Origin: Acidobacteriota bacterium
Lineage (GTDB): Bacteria > Acidobacteriota > UBA6911 > RPQK01 > JAJDTT01
Direction: 5' to 3'
Length of the DNA: 64,000 bases
NCBI GenBank assembly: GCA_965263035.1
Contig: OZ253580.1
Location: 2,272,001 to 2,336,000, forward strand
Position numbers and translations under genes: made by a program. This document shows positions 9,394 through 19,603 of the stretch, piece after piece. The notes beneath the pieces are model-generated. The model had not been told where the DNA came from and searched no databases. It saw nothing but the letters and a program-made list of their open reading frames with translations. Position 1 is the first letter of the stretch; the number at the start of each line of letters is the position of its first letter.

Positions 9394-11673
9394 TTAGACG
9401 AGACTCCGATAGCGATCCAATGCGCGTCTTGCCATGCCTGCTGCCAAATGTTTTGAGACCATCCTGAAGGCGTTGTCCAGTCCCCAAGCGTATCCGAGAT
9501 CGACGATCGCCTTTCCACAAGATTCAATGACCCTACGTTCGGGAATCTTAACTCTGTTTGCTAGCTCAACGAGTTCATGGATTCGCTTTCCGTCCGGAAT
9601 CACAACAGGTGCACAGCACTCGATCGCCCTCCCCATCATGAGGGTCGCCAGGCGCGCCGATTCGGCTGGAAGCTGCTCCCAGTGATTCCAAATAATTGGG
9701 GCACACTTCATCTGCTTGGCGTGGTCGAGCACCCGAAAGCACGCGACCGCATCCAGAATCCGCTCGCTCGGCAACACTCCCACGTAGACCGGACCGTGCA
9801 CAGTCTCAACACGGAAACCAAAATCGGTTGTGTTCCGGCCCGAGCAGCCGAGGACGACCGGCTGTCCGCCACTCAATGCGACAGGAATGGGCTTCAGTAC
9901 CTTCCCCTGCCTTGGGCGCTTGGGTTTTTTGGAGGACGGGATCTTGGACCAGTCGAGCGGCTCGCCGACCTTGGCCATATCGAGGTCTATCACGTAGATG
10001 CTTCCGGCCTTGCAACATTCGGACAGAGGCAGTGAGGTCGCAGAACCCGCTAGCCTAGCCGAAAGCTCAGTGCCGTCGGGAGAGAACGCGAAGGGGTGGG
10101 TCTTACGGCGCTTCACATCGCAATGGAGCGTGCAGAGACTGAAGAAGCGGTTCTCCACCGCTCGCAGCCGGAGAATCGACGACCACTTGATATCAGACAC
10201 GTTGTCGAAGCTCGGATTGACCCACAGGCGTGCGCCGCGTCTCGCGAGAGCCCTGGGAAAGAGCCCGAGATAGTGATCATGACAAATCGTTGCACCGGCC
10301 GTTGTGCCGCCCAGTTCAAAGGTCGGGAGCACAGAGTTCGGCTCCCAGTCCGGCCGCTCGAAAGCCACGGCATCGGCGGTGGAGTGTTTCGTATACACGC
10401 GGGAGCGGGAGCCGTCGGGATCGAAACGGAGAAGAACCTGCCAGGCGCGGTCAGTGGAGTCGACGGTTCTGTCGACAGCACCCACGAGAAGCGGTGCGCC
10501 CAGTTCTGCGGCCAGCTTGGTCAGTGATTCGGAGCGTTCCTGGTCGGACGCCGAGATGTAGCCTTCGGGAAATAGCGCGAAGTCGAGGTCCTCGCCGGAG
10601 AATGAATCGACTGCCGGTACGTCCGGCTGTTGGGCACCGGCACCGGTCGGCGGAACGCCGTTCGAGGCTCTTTGGGCGACTTGAGGAAACACCATCGCCA
10701 CGCTCAGGGTCGATTCCGGTCGTGTGGCAGGGGAGCGGATTCCCACCGGTGTCCGACGGAACCGAGAGCCCCCCTGATGGATCAGGTCCGAGAAGCGCTC
10801 CCGGTCTTCCCTGCTGTCCGGATCGAGCGAGCACCAGACCCGGTCGCGGGCGTAGAGCCGCACTGTTGGCCGCAAGTCCATGATCGACGGGACGAGATCC
10901 CGCAGTGTGTCGTACCAGGCCCGTTGTTCGTCGCGGAAGGGAGGATCGTTGTCCCTCGCATCGTGCTGTTCGCAGAGGTCCAGCCAGCGCCTCGCGGAGA
11001 ACCCCAAAGGGTGCGCGTCCGCGTAGACGGAAAGGGCGAGCCTCCGCGGGCTCGTGAAGTGCTGGCTCTCATCGAACTCGATGAGAAATCCAGGGTCGGG
11101 GACCCAGTAGTCGCAGCCTGCCAGCACGTCGCTTCGCACGAACGTGCCGATGCCGTATCCGCGATAGCTCTCAAGGACCCCGGCCACCTCCCGAAGCACC
11201 AAGTCGATCGAGGTTCCCTCGTAAGCTGCGAGCCCAGTCTTCCATCCGAATCTGTGGTCGGACACACACGCTCCGTAGATACACTCGAGAAGTTGCCCGA
11301 CCCGGATCTTGCAGGCGCGACACCGCTCGGAGTGGCGCCTAGAGGGAATCGTACCCGGCCCCCTCACCGATGGAGGGGATACAAGCGTGACGCAGACGTT
11401 GCGGATGCTACCGCCGCAGTCGCACTTGGTCACGGCGAAGCCGCGGCTCCGGAGAAACTCATTGGACTCCAGGCCTCCAGAGAATCGACCCGCGCTCAGC
11501 AACTCGCCCGTGGCGACCTGATGGGCCAGCGAAATCGTGTATTTCGGGGGCAAATGCTCGCCCTTCGTCGTCAAGCAGTAGCTTCGGCCCCTTCTTTGCC
11601 GTGGTACCCCGTCACGGATGATGAGCCGTATAGCTTCCTCGATGTGTGCCCTCGTGATGCGCCTTGGGATCAT
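9394..11673 (-). CDS. fusion protein: ScoMcrA-like N-terminal head + putative PD-(D/E)XK nuclease + carbon-nitrogen hydrolase (nitrilase) domain
   Basis: N-terminus ITRAHIEEAI..GVP..PPKY; middle CDYWVP..IEFDESQHF; C-terminal FPEG / YTKH / ICHD (E-K-C triad). Confidence 0.7.
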   Translation of the reverse strand: MIPRRITRAHIEEAIRLIIRDGVPRQRRGRSYCLTTKGEHLPPKYTISLAHQVATGELLSAGRFSGGLESNEFLRSRGFAVTKCDCGGSIRNVCVTLVSPPSVRGPGTIPSRRHSERCRACKIRVGQLLECIYGACVSDHRFGWKTGLAAYEGTSIDLVLREVAGVLESYRGYGIGTFVRSDVLAGCDYWVPDPGFLIEFDESQHFTSPRRLALSVYADAHPLGFSARRWLDLCEQHDARDNDPPFRDEQRAWYDTLRDLVPSIMDLRPTVRLYARDRVWCSLDPDSREDRERFSDLIHQGGSRFRRTPVGIRSPATRPESTLSVAMVFPQVAQRASNGVPPTGAGAQQPDVPAVDSFSGEDLDFALFPEGYISASDQERSESLTKLAAELGAPLLVGAVDRTVDSTDRAWQVLLRFDPDGSRSRVYTKHSTADAVAFERPDWEPNSVLPTFELGGTTAGATICHDHYLGLFPRALARRGARLWVNPSFDNVSDIKWSSILRLRAVENRFFSLCTLHCDVKRRKTHPFAFSPDGTELSARLAGSATSLPLSECCKAGSIYVIDLDMAKVGEPLDWSKIPSSKKPKRPRQGKVLKPIPVALSGGQPVVLGCSGRNTTDFGFRVETVHGPVYVGVLPSERILDAVACFRVLDHAKQMKCAPIIWNHWEQLPAESARLATLMMGRAIECCAPVVIPDGKRIHELVELANRVKIPERRVIESCGKAIVDLGYAWGLDNAFRMVSKHLAAGMARRALDRYRSLV

Positions 11674-11777
11674 TGCCTTCTTCAGTCACATTGGAGATTC
11701 AGATCAGTCGCTCGCATCAAGTACGAACCGGTTGAAAAATACTCTCGCGAGTAAGAAATGGTGACTGTCCCCATTTC

Positions 11778-11960
11778 GATCCCCTTCTCGCGGGCGATCA
11801 GAATCCAGCGTCGAGCATCGTCCGGCCGGATTTGCTCTCCGTCGATCAGCTCGGGATGCTCCGCGATCAGCTCCTGGAGATGGTACTCGTCACCGAATGC
11901 CTCCTCTTGTACTCCCTCCAGTGCTCCCTTCTGACCTCTTATCCATATTCGCTCAGCCAC
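11778..11960 (-). pseudogene. N-terminal fragment of a putative NucS/DUF91-like endonuclease, truncated at a cassette site
   Basis: RBS AAGGAG plus GTG at 11960; VAERIWIRG...LQELIAEHPELIDGEQI..RRWILIAREKGI then runs directly into the 11755 site. Confidence 0.6.
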
Positions 11961-12183
11961 AGCGTGCTCCTTGGTTTGGTACGCGACGACATGGTAGTCC
12001 GCCGTGGCCAACTCGGCCAGTTTGGGCAATCCAACTTGTCACCCCGACGTTAAACGCGTAAATCGGACTTTTCACCGTTTTCCCGGGGGAGGCCCACGCA
12101 GCCATGTACCGGACGCTGTAGATTGAGGACACGAGAACGTGACTGTCCCGTTTTCGGTCCCCTTTTCGCGCGCGCTTCGTCCT

Positions 12184-12237
12184 TTGAAGAAGAGGAAGGC
12201 TACATTGACCGCTTGAACTTGGAGGATTACCACTGAT
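12184..12237 (+). pseudogene. C-terminal remnant of HigB toxin
   Basis: FEEEEGYIDRLNLEDYH* overlaps the higA start; the upstream part is cut off next to the 12133 site. Confidence 0.7.
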
Positions 12238-12571
12238 GGCGACCAATGGCATCAAAGTGAACATGACCCCTTCCCATCCGGGCGACTTCATCCGTACGGA
12301 GGCCATTGAGGAATTGGGTCTGACCGTGACGAAGGCGGCGCAGACCCTGGAAGTTCGCCGGGCAACGCTTTCGGACCTGCTGAACGGCAAGGCCGCGCTC
12401 TCGCCGGAGATGGCGCTACGCATCGAAAAGGCCTTTGACGTGAGCATGGATATGCTGCTGCGGATGCAGGCCTGGTACGACGCCTCGCAGATGCGTGCGC
12501 GCGCAGGCGAGATCACCGTCCAGCGCTACGTGAGATTAGAGAAGGTGACTGTCCCCCTTCTCCTGCAGTGA
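12236..12571 (+). CDS. higA: HigA family antitoxin
   Basis: HPGDFI...LSDLLNGKAALSPEMALRIEKAF; the C-terminus (EKVTVP) is encoded by the 12539 site. Confidence 0.9.
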   Translation: MATNGIKVNMTPSHPGDFIRTEAIEELGLTVTKAAQTLEVRRATLSDLLNGKAALSPEMALRIEKAFDVSMDMLLRMQAWYDASQMRARAGEITVQRYVRLEKVTVPLLLQ

Positions 12572-12690
12572 AGATCGTGAATCTGACGCCACGTCATTTG
12601 CTGGGTGAAACAGTCATGCATCGTTGGATCTTTCCCACGTTCATTATCTCGATCCGGTCACGGCAGCCAGGGGTGGCAGGTCGCGTTTGG

Positions 12691-12730
12691 GAATAAGCCG
12701 GAATAAGCCGGAATAAGCCGGAATAAGCCA
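12691..12730. repeat. 10-bp tandem repeat GAATAAGCCG x4
   Basis: Seen directly; the last unit is GAATAAGCCA. Confidence 0.9.
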
Positions 12731-12740
12731 ACCCACAGTT

Positions 12741-14138
12741 TTACAAGCGTTTCCAGCGCGCTCCCCGACCATGGCCCGTAGGTGTGATCAAACCTCGAGC
12801 CTTTAGAGTGGCGAGGTCTTCACGCAGTCGCCGCTTGTTGATTTGCGGTCCCAACTCGGCGAGGATCTCGCGCAGTGCCATGGCGCGATCCGCCTGATCG
12901 ATTAGCGCAAGGATCTCCCGTTGCCGCTCGGTCAAAAGGGTCACCTTGACAGGATCCATTTCGGAGAGGGAAGCGGGTCGGAACCGGACCGTCACGCACC
13001 CTCCGGCATCCTCGATCTCGGGGAGTGGCAGACCGGCAGAGGTCGCCAGCTCCGCCATCTTGAGAGTCCCGCGTCCCCACTCCTCAATGATGCCTCGCCG
13101 ATAGAACGTACGGGCGATCAGTGGGTTCCACGGCAAGGATTCGTGCGGTGCGAACAGCTTTTCCGGGGTCAACCCGAAATGCAAGGTGCCGGACGACGTC
13201 ACCTCCAGACGGTCATCGTAGACCGCCACTCCCACGGAGCCGCCACCGATGGAGTAATCACGATGACACAAGGCATTCGCCAGCGACTCTCGAGTCGCCA
13301 GGGGAGGATAGAGGGGTTCGTCAATCCGTTCGAAGCGACCCGATTCGAACCGTCCGGAGATGGGCAGGGTCTCACGAAGAAAACGTTCCGCATTCGCGAG
13401 AAGCGTGAAGGCGTTGCCGTGGAACTGCCTGTTGTCCAGGAACTCCGTCCGGTCAAGCCCCCGAAAACGCGCGACACGGAGCAGACATTGCGGCATCTCA
13501 AACTCGATCCGTTGGGCTTTGCCGAAGAGCACCACCGCCGCGCGCCACAAGATCCCGTCTCGAAAAAGTCCCAGCCCCCGCAACATTTCAATGGGATCTT
13601 GCGTCCCCGGGTCCTCCAATCGGCCCCGCCTGACCGCCTCCGAAACCGTGCGGCGGATCTCTGCTACGTCCAGATCATCGATCGACCAACCGGTCGCTGG
13701 CTGGTTCTCCCATCGTCGCTCGCTGTGCATGCGCTCAAAGAGCATGCGGTTGTACTCATCGGCCGACAAGGCCAAGGTGGTGTTCCCAACCCGACGATAC
13801 GCTATGCCTCGGTAAACGTACGGCCTTGAAGACCCGCGGCTTACGCGCACCACGACCACCTCACGGTCCCCCTCTATGGGAACCCGCTCGATCTCTGGAA
13901 AGGACGGCGGATCGATCCTTTGGATCTCGCCGCTCACGCCCTCAATAGTCCGGTCGCTCACTTGCTGTCCAACCACGTCTCCATTGAGTGTGACACCGAA
14001 CAGCACATACCCACCGCGTTGGTTGAGCATGGCGCATACGGTTCGGGCTGCCTCACGACGCTCCCCCGTCGTGCTCTTGAACTCCAGAGTCTGTGACTCG
14101 TGGGTGGAGACCAGCGCCGCAAGTCGCTCAGACATCAT
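12741..14138 (-). CDS. AlbA_2/Schlafen domain + HATPase_c_4 + C-terminal HTH protein
   Basis: ESQTLEFK, AMLNQRGGYVLFGV, NALCHRDY and WNPLIA...GRG motifs. Confidence 0.85.
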   Translation of the reverse strand: MMSERLAALVSTHESQTLEFKSTTGERREAARTVCAMLNQRGGYVLFGVTLNGDVVGQQVSDRTIEGVSGEIQRIDPPSFPEIERVPIEGDREVVVVRVSRGSSRPYVYRGIAYRRVGNTTLALSADEYNRMLFERMHSERRWENQPATGWSIDDLDVAEIRRTVSEAVRRGRLEDPGTQDPIEMLRGLGLFRDGILWRAAVVLFGKAQRIEFEMPQCLLRVARFRGLDRTEFLDNRQFHGNAFTLLANAERFLRETLPISGRFESGRFERIDEPLYPPLATRESLANALCHRDYSIGGGSVGVAVYDDRLEVTSSGTLHFGLTPEKLFAPHESLPWNPLIARTFYRRGIIEEWGRGTLKMAELATSAGLPLPEIEDAGGCVTVRFRPASLSEMDPVKVTLLTERQREILALIDQADRAMALREILAELGPQINKRRLREDLATLKARGLITPTGHGRGARWKRL

Positions 14139-14579
14139 CGGGCCGCCTCGACCACTCGCATGGGGTTATGGCGTATATCCACAAAATAGCTCTCATCTAC
14201 AACAATGTGTTCAGTGCGTCGAAGACCTTTTTGGAAGCGATCGAGTTCCTGCTCATTCCCTGATACGCACGTGAGTTTCATATACCCAAGTCTGCACCGA
14301 CGATGTGTCAGCCGGGTAAATCCGTCTCGGGGCGCTCGAAGGCGCCAACTCCGAGCACAGGAAGCAGCGACAGCATTTCGGCCAGATAGCCGTCCATCAC
14401 AGCTCGATCCGGGTCCGCCAACCTGGGGCGTTGCGGTTTTCTGAATCACCAATGGCCGCGGATCGGTCATGTCCCCCGCCAAGGATGCGCGCCGGAAGAT
14501 CCTCCGCCATCCGGTCAACCGCGACGATTCCTACCAGGAGCACTGCAGCACTCAAGAGATCCCGACTCGGCTTCCCACC

Positions 14580-14768
14580 CTATGACAAATTATTTTCCTT
14601 GCGTCGGCTCGCCAAACGCCGCAGAACCGGGTCCGTATATCGGTGCGCATGAAGCCAGTGATCAAGCTCGTCACGGGTCTTCCCCACGATCTCCGCGCTG
14701 ACGCGATCCCGAATCTCCCGCATGGTCTTTACGCCATCGAATCCCCTCTTTTTCATTTTCTCAATCAT
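14580..14768 (-). CDS. small hypothetical protein (putative antitoxin partner of a PIN toxin)
   Basis: MIEKMKKRGFDGVKTMREIRDRVS..., directly downstream of a PIN remnant. Confidence 0.55.
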   Translation of the reverse strand: MIEKMKKRGFDGVKTMREIRDRVSAEIVGKTRDELDHWLHAHRYTDPVLRRLASRRKENNLS

Positions 14769-14860
14769 CGCATATCTCCCTCGGCGTCCGGATCTCGACT
14801 CCTGCCACCGTGGCAACGGCGATATGCAGGCCGTCGGCCAACACTCGTGAGCTGAGCGTA
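14762..14860 (-). pseudogene. PIN-domain toxin remnant with internal deletion
   Basis: LADGLHIAVATVAGV joins EIRTPREICDD*; these resemble two non-adjacent conserved PIN motifs. Confidence 0.5.
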
Positions 14861-14880
14861 AGCAAAGCGAGAATTGCGGT

Positions 14881-16118
14881 CTAGCGATTCCAACGACGCT
14901 TGAGGTAGAGGGGCACAAGCGCCAACAACACGGCAACGCTCAGATGAATCCATGGTTCGATTTTCCTACTGTTGCCGCTATTCCTCACAATCAGCATGCG
15001 AACTTGACGTCTTGCTTGGACGAGTTCCAGACCCAAGGTGCTCTTGATGGCATGAGCAATCGAAGAATGGTCTTCAGGATCGAACTGTAGCTTGATGCGA
15101 TAAGAACCATAGAGTCTTGTCTCATCGAGTACGGGCCGATCCAGCCTTGATGCGACCACGTGCGCAAGACTCTCGACGCTGGAGGCCTCGAGTTCTCCTC
15201 TGGACGCACGGGAGTAACTCCCCTGGACCGCCGGTAGAGGCTCGAGCTTCGTCTCAGGCGATTTCCGCAATACGTAAGCGTCCACCATCCGGTTTTCCCA
15301 GACCGCTTCGATTCCCAGCGCGGCCGAGACCGCCTGTTGCATCATGGGTTCCAAGAGATCCTTTCTGCCGGCCGTGTTGATCACGACATCGTATTTCTGA
15401 TTGGGCAACTCGGCCTCGATCAGGAATCGGCCCGGTCGAGCATTGAAGGCAACGGGAAGGATGTGTTCCGGAAGAAAGGAAATGATCTTGATCTCGCTGT
15501 GGCTGCGGCTCATTCCGCTACGATCACTCGTGGACGGGCGGATGAGTACTTGAAAAACCGGTTCCGGCCCATCATCTCCCACCGCTAAGAGGGTGCCCGT
15601 GGACTTCTCCGGGACATCGGGCCGCCGACCAGCCAAAAAAGATCGAGCAGAACCGTCTTGGTCACGTGATGGGGTTGTGTGACCGCTTGGATGACACCCT
15701 CCTTGTCGACCAGCACGGTGGCCGGAATACCCATCACGGCATAGTCCCGGAATACGGATCGATCAAGATCGAGACCAACCCAACCGGAGATGGGTTGAGA
15801 ATCCAAGAAGGGTTCAATGATGCTCTCTTCCTCATCCGTTATGGAGAGGAACCGAACCGGCTGATCCGAGAATTCCTCCGCGAGTTCGTTGAAGTGGGGA
15901 ATGGCTCCGATACACGGCCCGCACCAAGTGGCCCAGAACTCCAGGACCAGCGCCTGACCCTTGAGGGCCTTCCAGCTCAAATCATTGTCGACCGGACCCT
16001 TCAGCATCGTATCGATGGCGAGTTCCGGAGCTCGGTCGCCGATCTTCGGTGGTGCACCGAGCACCAAGGCCGCAGTCATCATTATGTTGGCGAGCGTCCC
16101 GATCGAGATTCTTGGCAT
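14881..16118 (-). pseudogene. TlpA/redoxin + DUF3738 (TIGR03435-like) protein split by a frameshift
   Basis: EFWATWCGPC in the first ORF and LDRPVLDETRLYGSY...LGLEL in the second. The frame changes at a T6 run near 15635. Confidence 0.7.
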
Positions 16119-16224
16119 CGTACGGCCTCCGCTAGTTCGTCAAGTTCGGTCGTGTCAAGCAAAGCGAGAATGTGACTATCACCATTTTCTGCTCTGGCCT
16201 CTTCTCTTGCCCTCTCGCCTGGTT

Positions 16225-17907
16225 TCAGTCGGCTGCGTTGCGGGGCGACAACACCAGCACCTCGTAGGTCGTGGGTTCGGATACTCGCTCCATGGTCACT
16301 CCGAAGTTTTCGCGCAAAAATTTGAGGGCCACCTCCCAGCCATCGGAGAAATCGACGGAAATGTCCACCCTGCGGTGGAAGGGATTGGCCGCCGCCGCAC
16401 CCTCCCATTTCATCTCGACTTCGTCGAGAAGCTCGTTGTAACCCTTGACCAAGTCGTTGGCTGCCGCGTTTGGGAGCATGTTTTGTATTGCGGCGAAGAG
16501 CGGGGTCCCTGTGCCGTGAAAGTTGTTCCCATTGGTCTTAGATGACTCACTCCGCGCCACGCTGATCGGAAAATCGGTTCCGTCCTGGGAAAAGATCCAG
16601 CGGGTCCTCGTTCCCTGCCGTTCCTTCAAATCGGCGACAAAACCGAAGCGCTGGCCAAGTCGCTTCACCCGCTCCACGGGGTCCATATTGATTCGGTGGA
16701 CAATCCGAACCGAGTAACGCTGGTCAGAAAGCACCGCATCCGGAGTCTCCACCGGCCTGTCCCCCAGCTTCTGGGCGATCTCGGTCAACGGCGTACGGTG
16801 AAATTCGTAGCTCGCGACCCCGCCGCTCACACGGGCCGACATACCTTGGCGCCCCTTGGTCGGATCGTTCGAGGGAGGGTGGACCACAATTTCCATCCCC
16901 TCCAGCGGCATGAAAAACACCCTGTTGTGCAAAGGCCCAAATGGAGCCAACGCTTTGCCCAACGGGTCTGCTTTCAAGACACTCATGGGAGCCGCTCGGA
17001 CGGCATCATCGGCGACCTCGAAGAGCTCGTCAGCAAGCGGTACATCATAGTCCCGATATTTCAATTCGTTGACCAGGTCCCATTCTTGCTGCCCCCTGTC
17101 CAAATAAACGCGGGAGTGTTTGGGCAATCGCGTCTGCACGTCGACTTCGATTTCAAATCGGATGTCCGAAGGTGTCTTCCTGCCCAACGAGGAGCGTTGC
17201 CAGATCGAAAAAAGCACTGTCTGTCCCCGGTCCTTCCGATCGATCTGATACGACAACGCCTTGAGTTGTTCGCGTCCGGGCAGGACCAAATTCTTGCTTA
17301 CCTTGTCCACGGACCATGCCCCGGGCCAAGGTAGTTTCTTCCGGTACCAGGCGCCCTCGATGTTCATGGACACGGACTTGTCATCGGACAGAACTACCTG
17401 CCGTGACAGGCCAGTATCTATCTCGGCGCGGAAAAAGTGCGGGGCCTGAAACCAGTGCTTCACCGGCACGCGCTCGCCCCTCTCCCCGCGGAACCAGCCC
17501 ACCGTGTGCACCGAAGAGAGTTTGCGCACTTCCTCGACCACCTGCGCCCACGCCAGCGTGGATGTTCCGCGCCAGAGTACGCCGAGAAACAGGCCGGCCA
17601 GTGCGATAGCAAGCGCCGACATCCAGGCCGGTCGCGGCAACGCCAGCCAAAATCCCGACTTTCGCGGTTGCTCGTGCTCCGAGCGAATTGCCCTCAGGGT
17701 GCTGGCACGGGCCGCTGCCAGGAGCTGGGCGGGTGGCTCCGACGCGCTGATGTCGGCACTCAGTTCCAGGATCGTGCGTGCTGCCTCGACGTCGCCGGCC
17801 GTTTCGGGGTGAGCAGCCAGATAGTCATCGAATTCCCGCGCGACCGCATTCGGCAACTCGCCTCGCACGTAGTCGCTCAGTCTTCTCTCGAATTCGGTTC
17901 TGTCCAT
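16225..17907 (-). CDS. anti-sigma factor-like membrane protein
   Basis: N-terminal LSDYVRGEL anti-sigma-like segment, one TM helix, directly downstream of an ECF sigma factor. Confidence 0.7.
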   Translation of the reverse strand: MDRTEFERRLSDYVRGELPNAVAREFDDYLAAHPETAGDVEAARTILELSADISASEPPAQLLAAARASTLRAIRSEHEQPRKSGFWLALPRPAWMSALAIALAGLFLGVLWRGTSTLAWAQVVEEVRKLSSVHTVGWFRGERGERVPVKHWFQAPHFFRAEIDTGLSRQVVLSDDKSVSMNIEGAWYRKKLPWPGAWSVDKVSKNLVLPGREQLKALSYQIDRKDRGQTVLFSIWQRSSLGRKTPSDIRFEIEVDVQTRLPKHSRVYLDRGQQEWDLVNELKYRDYDVPLADELFEVADDAVRAAPMSVLKADPLGKALAPFGPLHNRVFFMPLEGMEIVVHPPSNDPTKGRQGMSARVSGGVASYEFHRTPLTEIAQKLGDRPVETPDAVLSDQRYSVRIVHRINMDPVERVKRLGQRFGFVADLKERQGTRTRWIFSQDGTDFPISVARSESSKTNGNNFHGTGTPLFAAIQNMLPNAAANDLVKGYNELLDEVEMKWEGAAAANPFHRRVDISVDFSDGWEVALKFLRENFGVTMERVSEPTTYEVLVLSPRNAAD

Positions 17908-17920
17908 TGCTCCAATCCTT

Positions 17921-18421
17921 TCAGTCCGTGCCCATCCGAGACCGGATTTTCTTCAGTGCCTTGTATTCGCTAGACCTTGCCGAACCCGCGCTGCACCCCA
18001 GTTGCGCGGCAATCTCGGCGAAGGTCCAACCCTCAAAGTTGCGCAGCGCAAAGACGGTGCGCTGGCGCTCGGGCAAATCGGCCGCCAAGTCGCGTACCCG
18101 GTCCATGAGCAAGCGACGCTCTGCGTCTTTTTCGGTGTTGGCTTCCACCGCAGTGTCCTCTTCTATGCGAAGCGTCGGCCGCTGCTGGCGCCGCGCGTTA
18201 AACGCGACGTTGGTAGCCACTCGACAAAGCCATGCCTTGGGATAGGCGATCACCTCCCCGCGCGTGCAAGCGGCGTGGAAGCGGAGGAAGGTCTCCTGGA
18301 AGATCTCCTGCGCCTGATCGGCGTTCGGGACAATCCTGTAGGCGACCTTGAGGACCAGCTGTCCATAATCCCCTATGGCCTTGGCGCTGATTTCGGCCGG
18401 TTTCTTCGAGAATGCCTTCAT
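17921..18421 (-). CDS. ECF RNA polymerase sigma factor
   Basis: AQEIFQETFL, WLCRVATN and LPERQRTVFALR..EIA motifs. Confidence 0.9.
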   Translation of the reverse strand: MKAFSKKPAEISAKAIGDYGQLVLKVAYRIVPNADQAQEIFQETFLRFHAACTRGEVIAYPKAWLCRVATNVAFNARRQQRPTLRIEEDTAVEANTEKDAERRLLMDRVRDLAADLPERQRTVFALRNFEGWTFAEIAAQLGCSAGSARSSEYKALKKIRSRMGTD

Positions 18422-18739
18422 ATCGTTTGGCCGCCGGCATTACGTCGATCTGGACCGCGCTCGCCAGCCCCTTTGTCCTATATGACCCGCGAACCGCAAT
18501 TTTGTGAACCCACAAAATCCGTCTGGACCGCAAAGCATGGTTCGTCGGAGTGAGTGATGAACGTGACTGTCCCCTTTTCCCGGTCCCCCTTTTCCCGCTT
18601 GACATGGTTCCCCCGGCGGCGAGAGATTCGGCAGGTTTTCGGTCGGCGCCCGGATGGACCTCCTTGGAGCGCCCGGTGTGGAGGCGCGTGAAAAGTAGTA
18701 GGGATTACAGACTGGGCACTGATAGGTTACACTTTACAA

Positions 18740-19018
18740 GTGATTGTCCGCTTCCGGCACAAGGGTCTCCAGCTTCTCTTCGAGAAAGGGGATCGACAGC
18801 GGGTGGCGGCAGCGTACGTTGCCAAGGTGGAACGTATCTTGGCACGTCTCGACGAGGCGACGGTTCCCATTGACATGGATCTGCCGGGCTTCCGGCTGCA
18901 TCCTTTGAAAGGCGAATTTGCCGATTATTGGACGGTTACCGTGTCCGGCAACTGGTGCATCATCTTTCGCTTCGCGCGCGCGGATGCCCCTGACGTGGAC
19001 TTGGTCGATTACCACTGA
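18740..19018 (+). CDS. higB: HigB (RelE/ParE) toxin
   Basis: [24 protein letters not shown]. Confidence 0.9.
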   Translation: MIVRFRHKGLQLLFEKGDRQRVAAAYVAKVERILARLDEATVPIDMDLPGFRLHPLKGEFADYWTVTVSGNWCIIFRFARADAPDVDLVDYH

Positions 19019-19032
19019 AGGAGAACCATGAC

Positions 19033-19323
19033 ATGCCGATGAAAAACCCACCCCACCCCGGTTTTTCCGTGCGTCACGATTGCCTGGAACCTTTAGGACT
19101 GAGCGTGACGGAAGCTGCAAGGAAGCTCGGGGTCAGCCGCAAGCAGTTGTCCGATGTGGTCAATGGCCATTCGGGGATCTCACCGGAGATGGCGATCCGC
19201 CTTGACAAAGCCTTCGGTGGAGGCGCGAACACGTGGTACCGATTGCAGGCGGCCTACGATCTGGCGCAGGCGATGAAAAAAGCCGATCAGATCAACGTAG
19301 AGCGGCTGTCGACGGTCGCTTAG
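19033..19323 (+). CDS. higA: HigA antitoxin
   Basis: [28 protein letters not shown]. Confidence 0.92.
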   Translation: MPMKNPPHPGFSVRHDCLEPLGLSVTEAARKLGVSRKQLSDVVNGHSGISPEMAIRLDKAFGGGANTWYRLQAAYDLAQAMKKADQINVERLSTVA

Positions 19324-19409
19324 CCCGCATTCCTCACCGGGGGACGCGAAAATCGCACAGGACTTGTGCCCTCAGGAACGAATAGAGAAGGTAACTACCC
19401 CCTTTTCCC

Positions 19410-19603
19410 GCTCCCTTCCCAAACCGATCTTCCCGAACCCTGGCCGCGCATCCAGCCAGCACCACTCCTGGGATCTATGCGCCCGAACAGCACGGCCTGT
19501 ACGACGGCACATCATCATCTCGGGAAGCTGCATCAATCACCCCGGCACGCTGAACGATGTTAGTTCGTGGGACTACATGAGAAACGACGGATCGAATCTG
19601 CGA
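19410..19603 (+). pseudogene. degenerate internal fragment homologous to the lipoprotein gene at 1368-2120
   Basis: Aligns by eye to ~1445-1638 (GGGATCTA..CAGCACG.CCTGTACGACGGC..TCATCATCTCGGG..GGCACGCTGAACGA..GACGGATCGAA). Flanked by the sites at 19385 and 19611. Confidence 0.85.

Noticed and set aside
19215-19226. GGTGGAGGCG as a duplicated ssrA 3' end (att site)
   Set aside because: Short match inside the higA coding sequence, likely chance.
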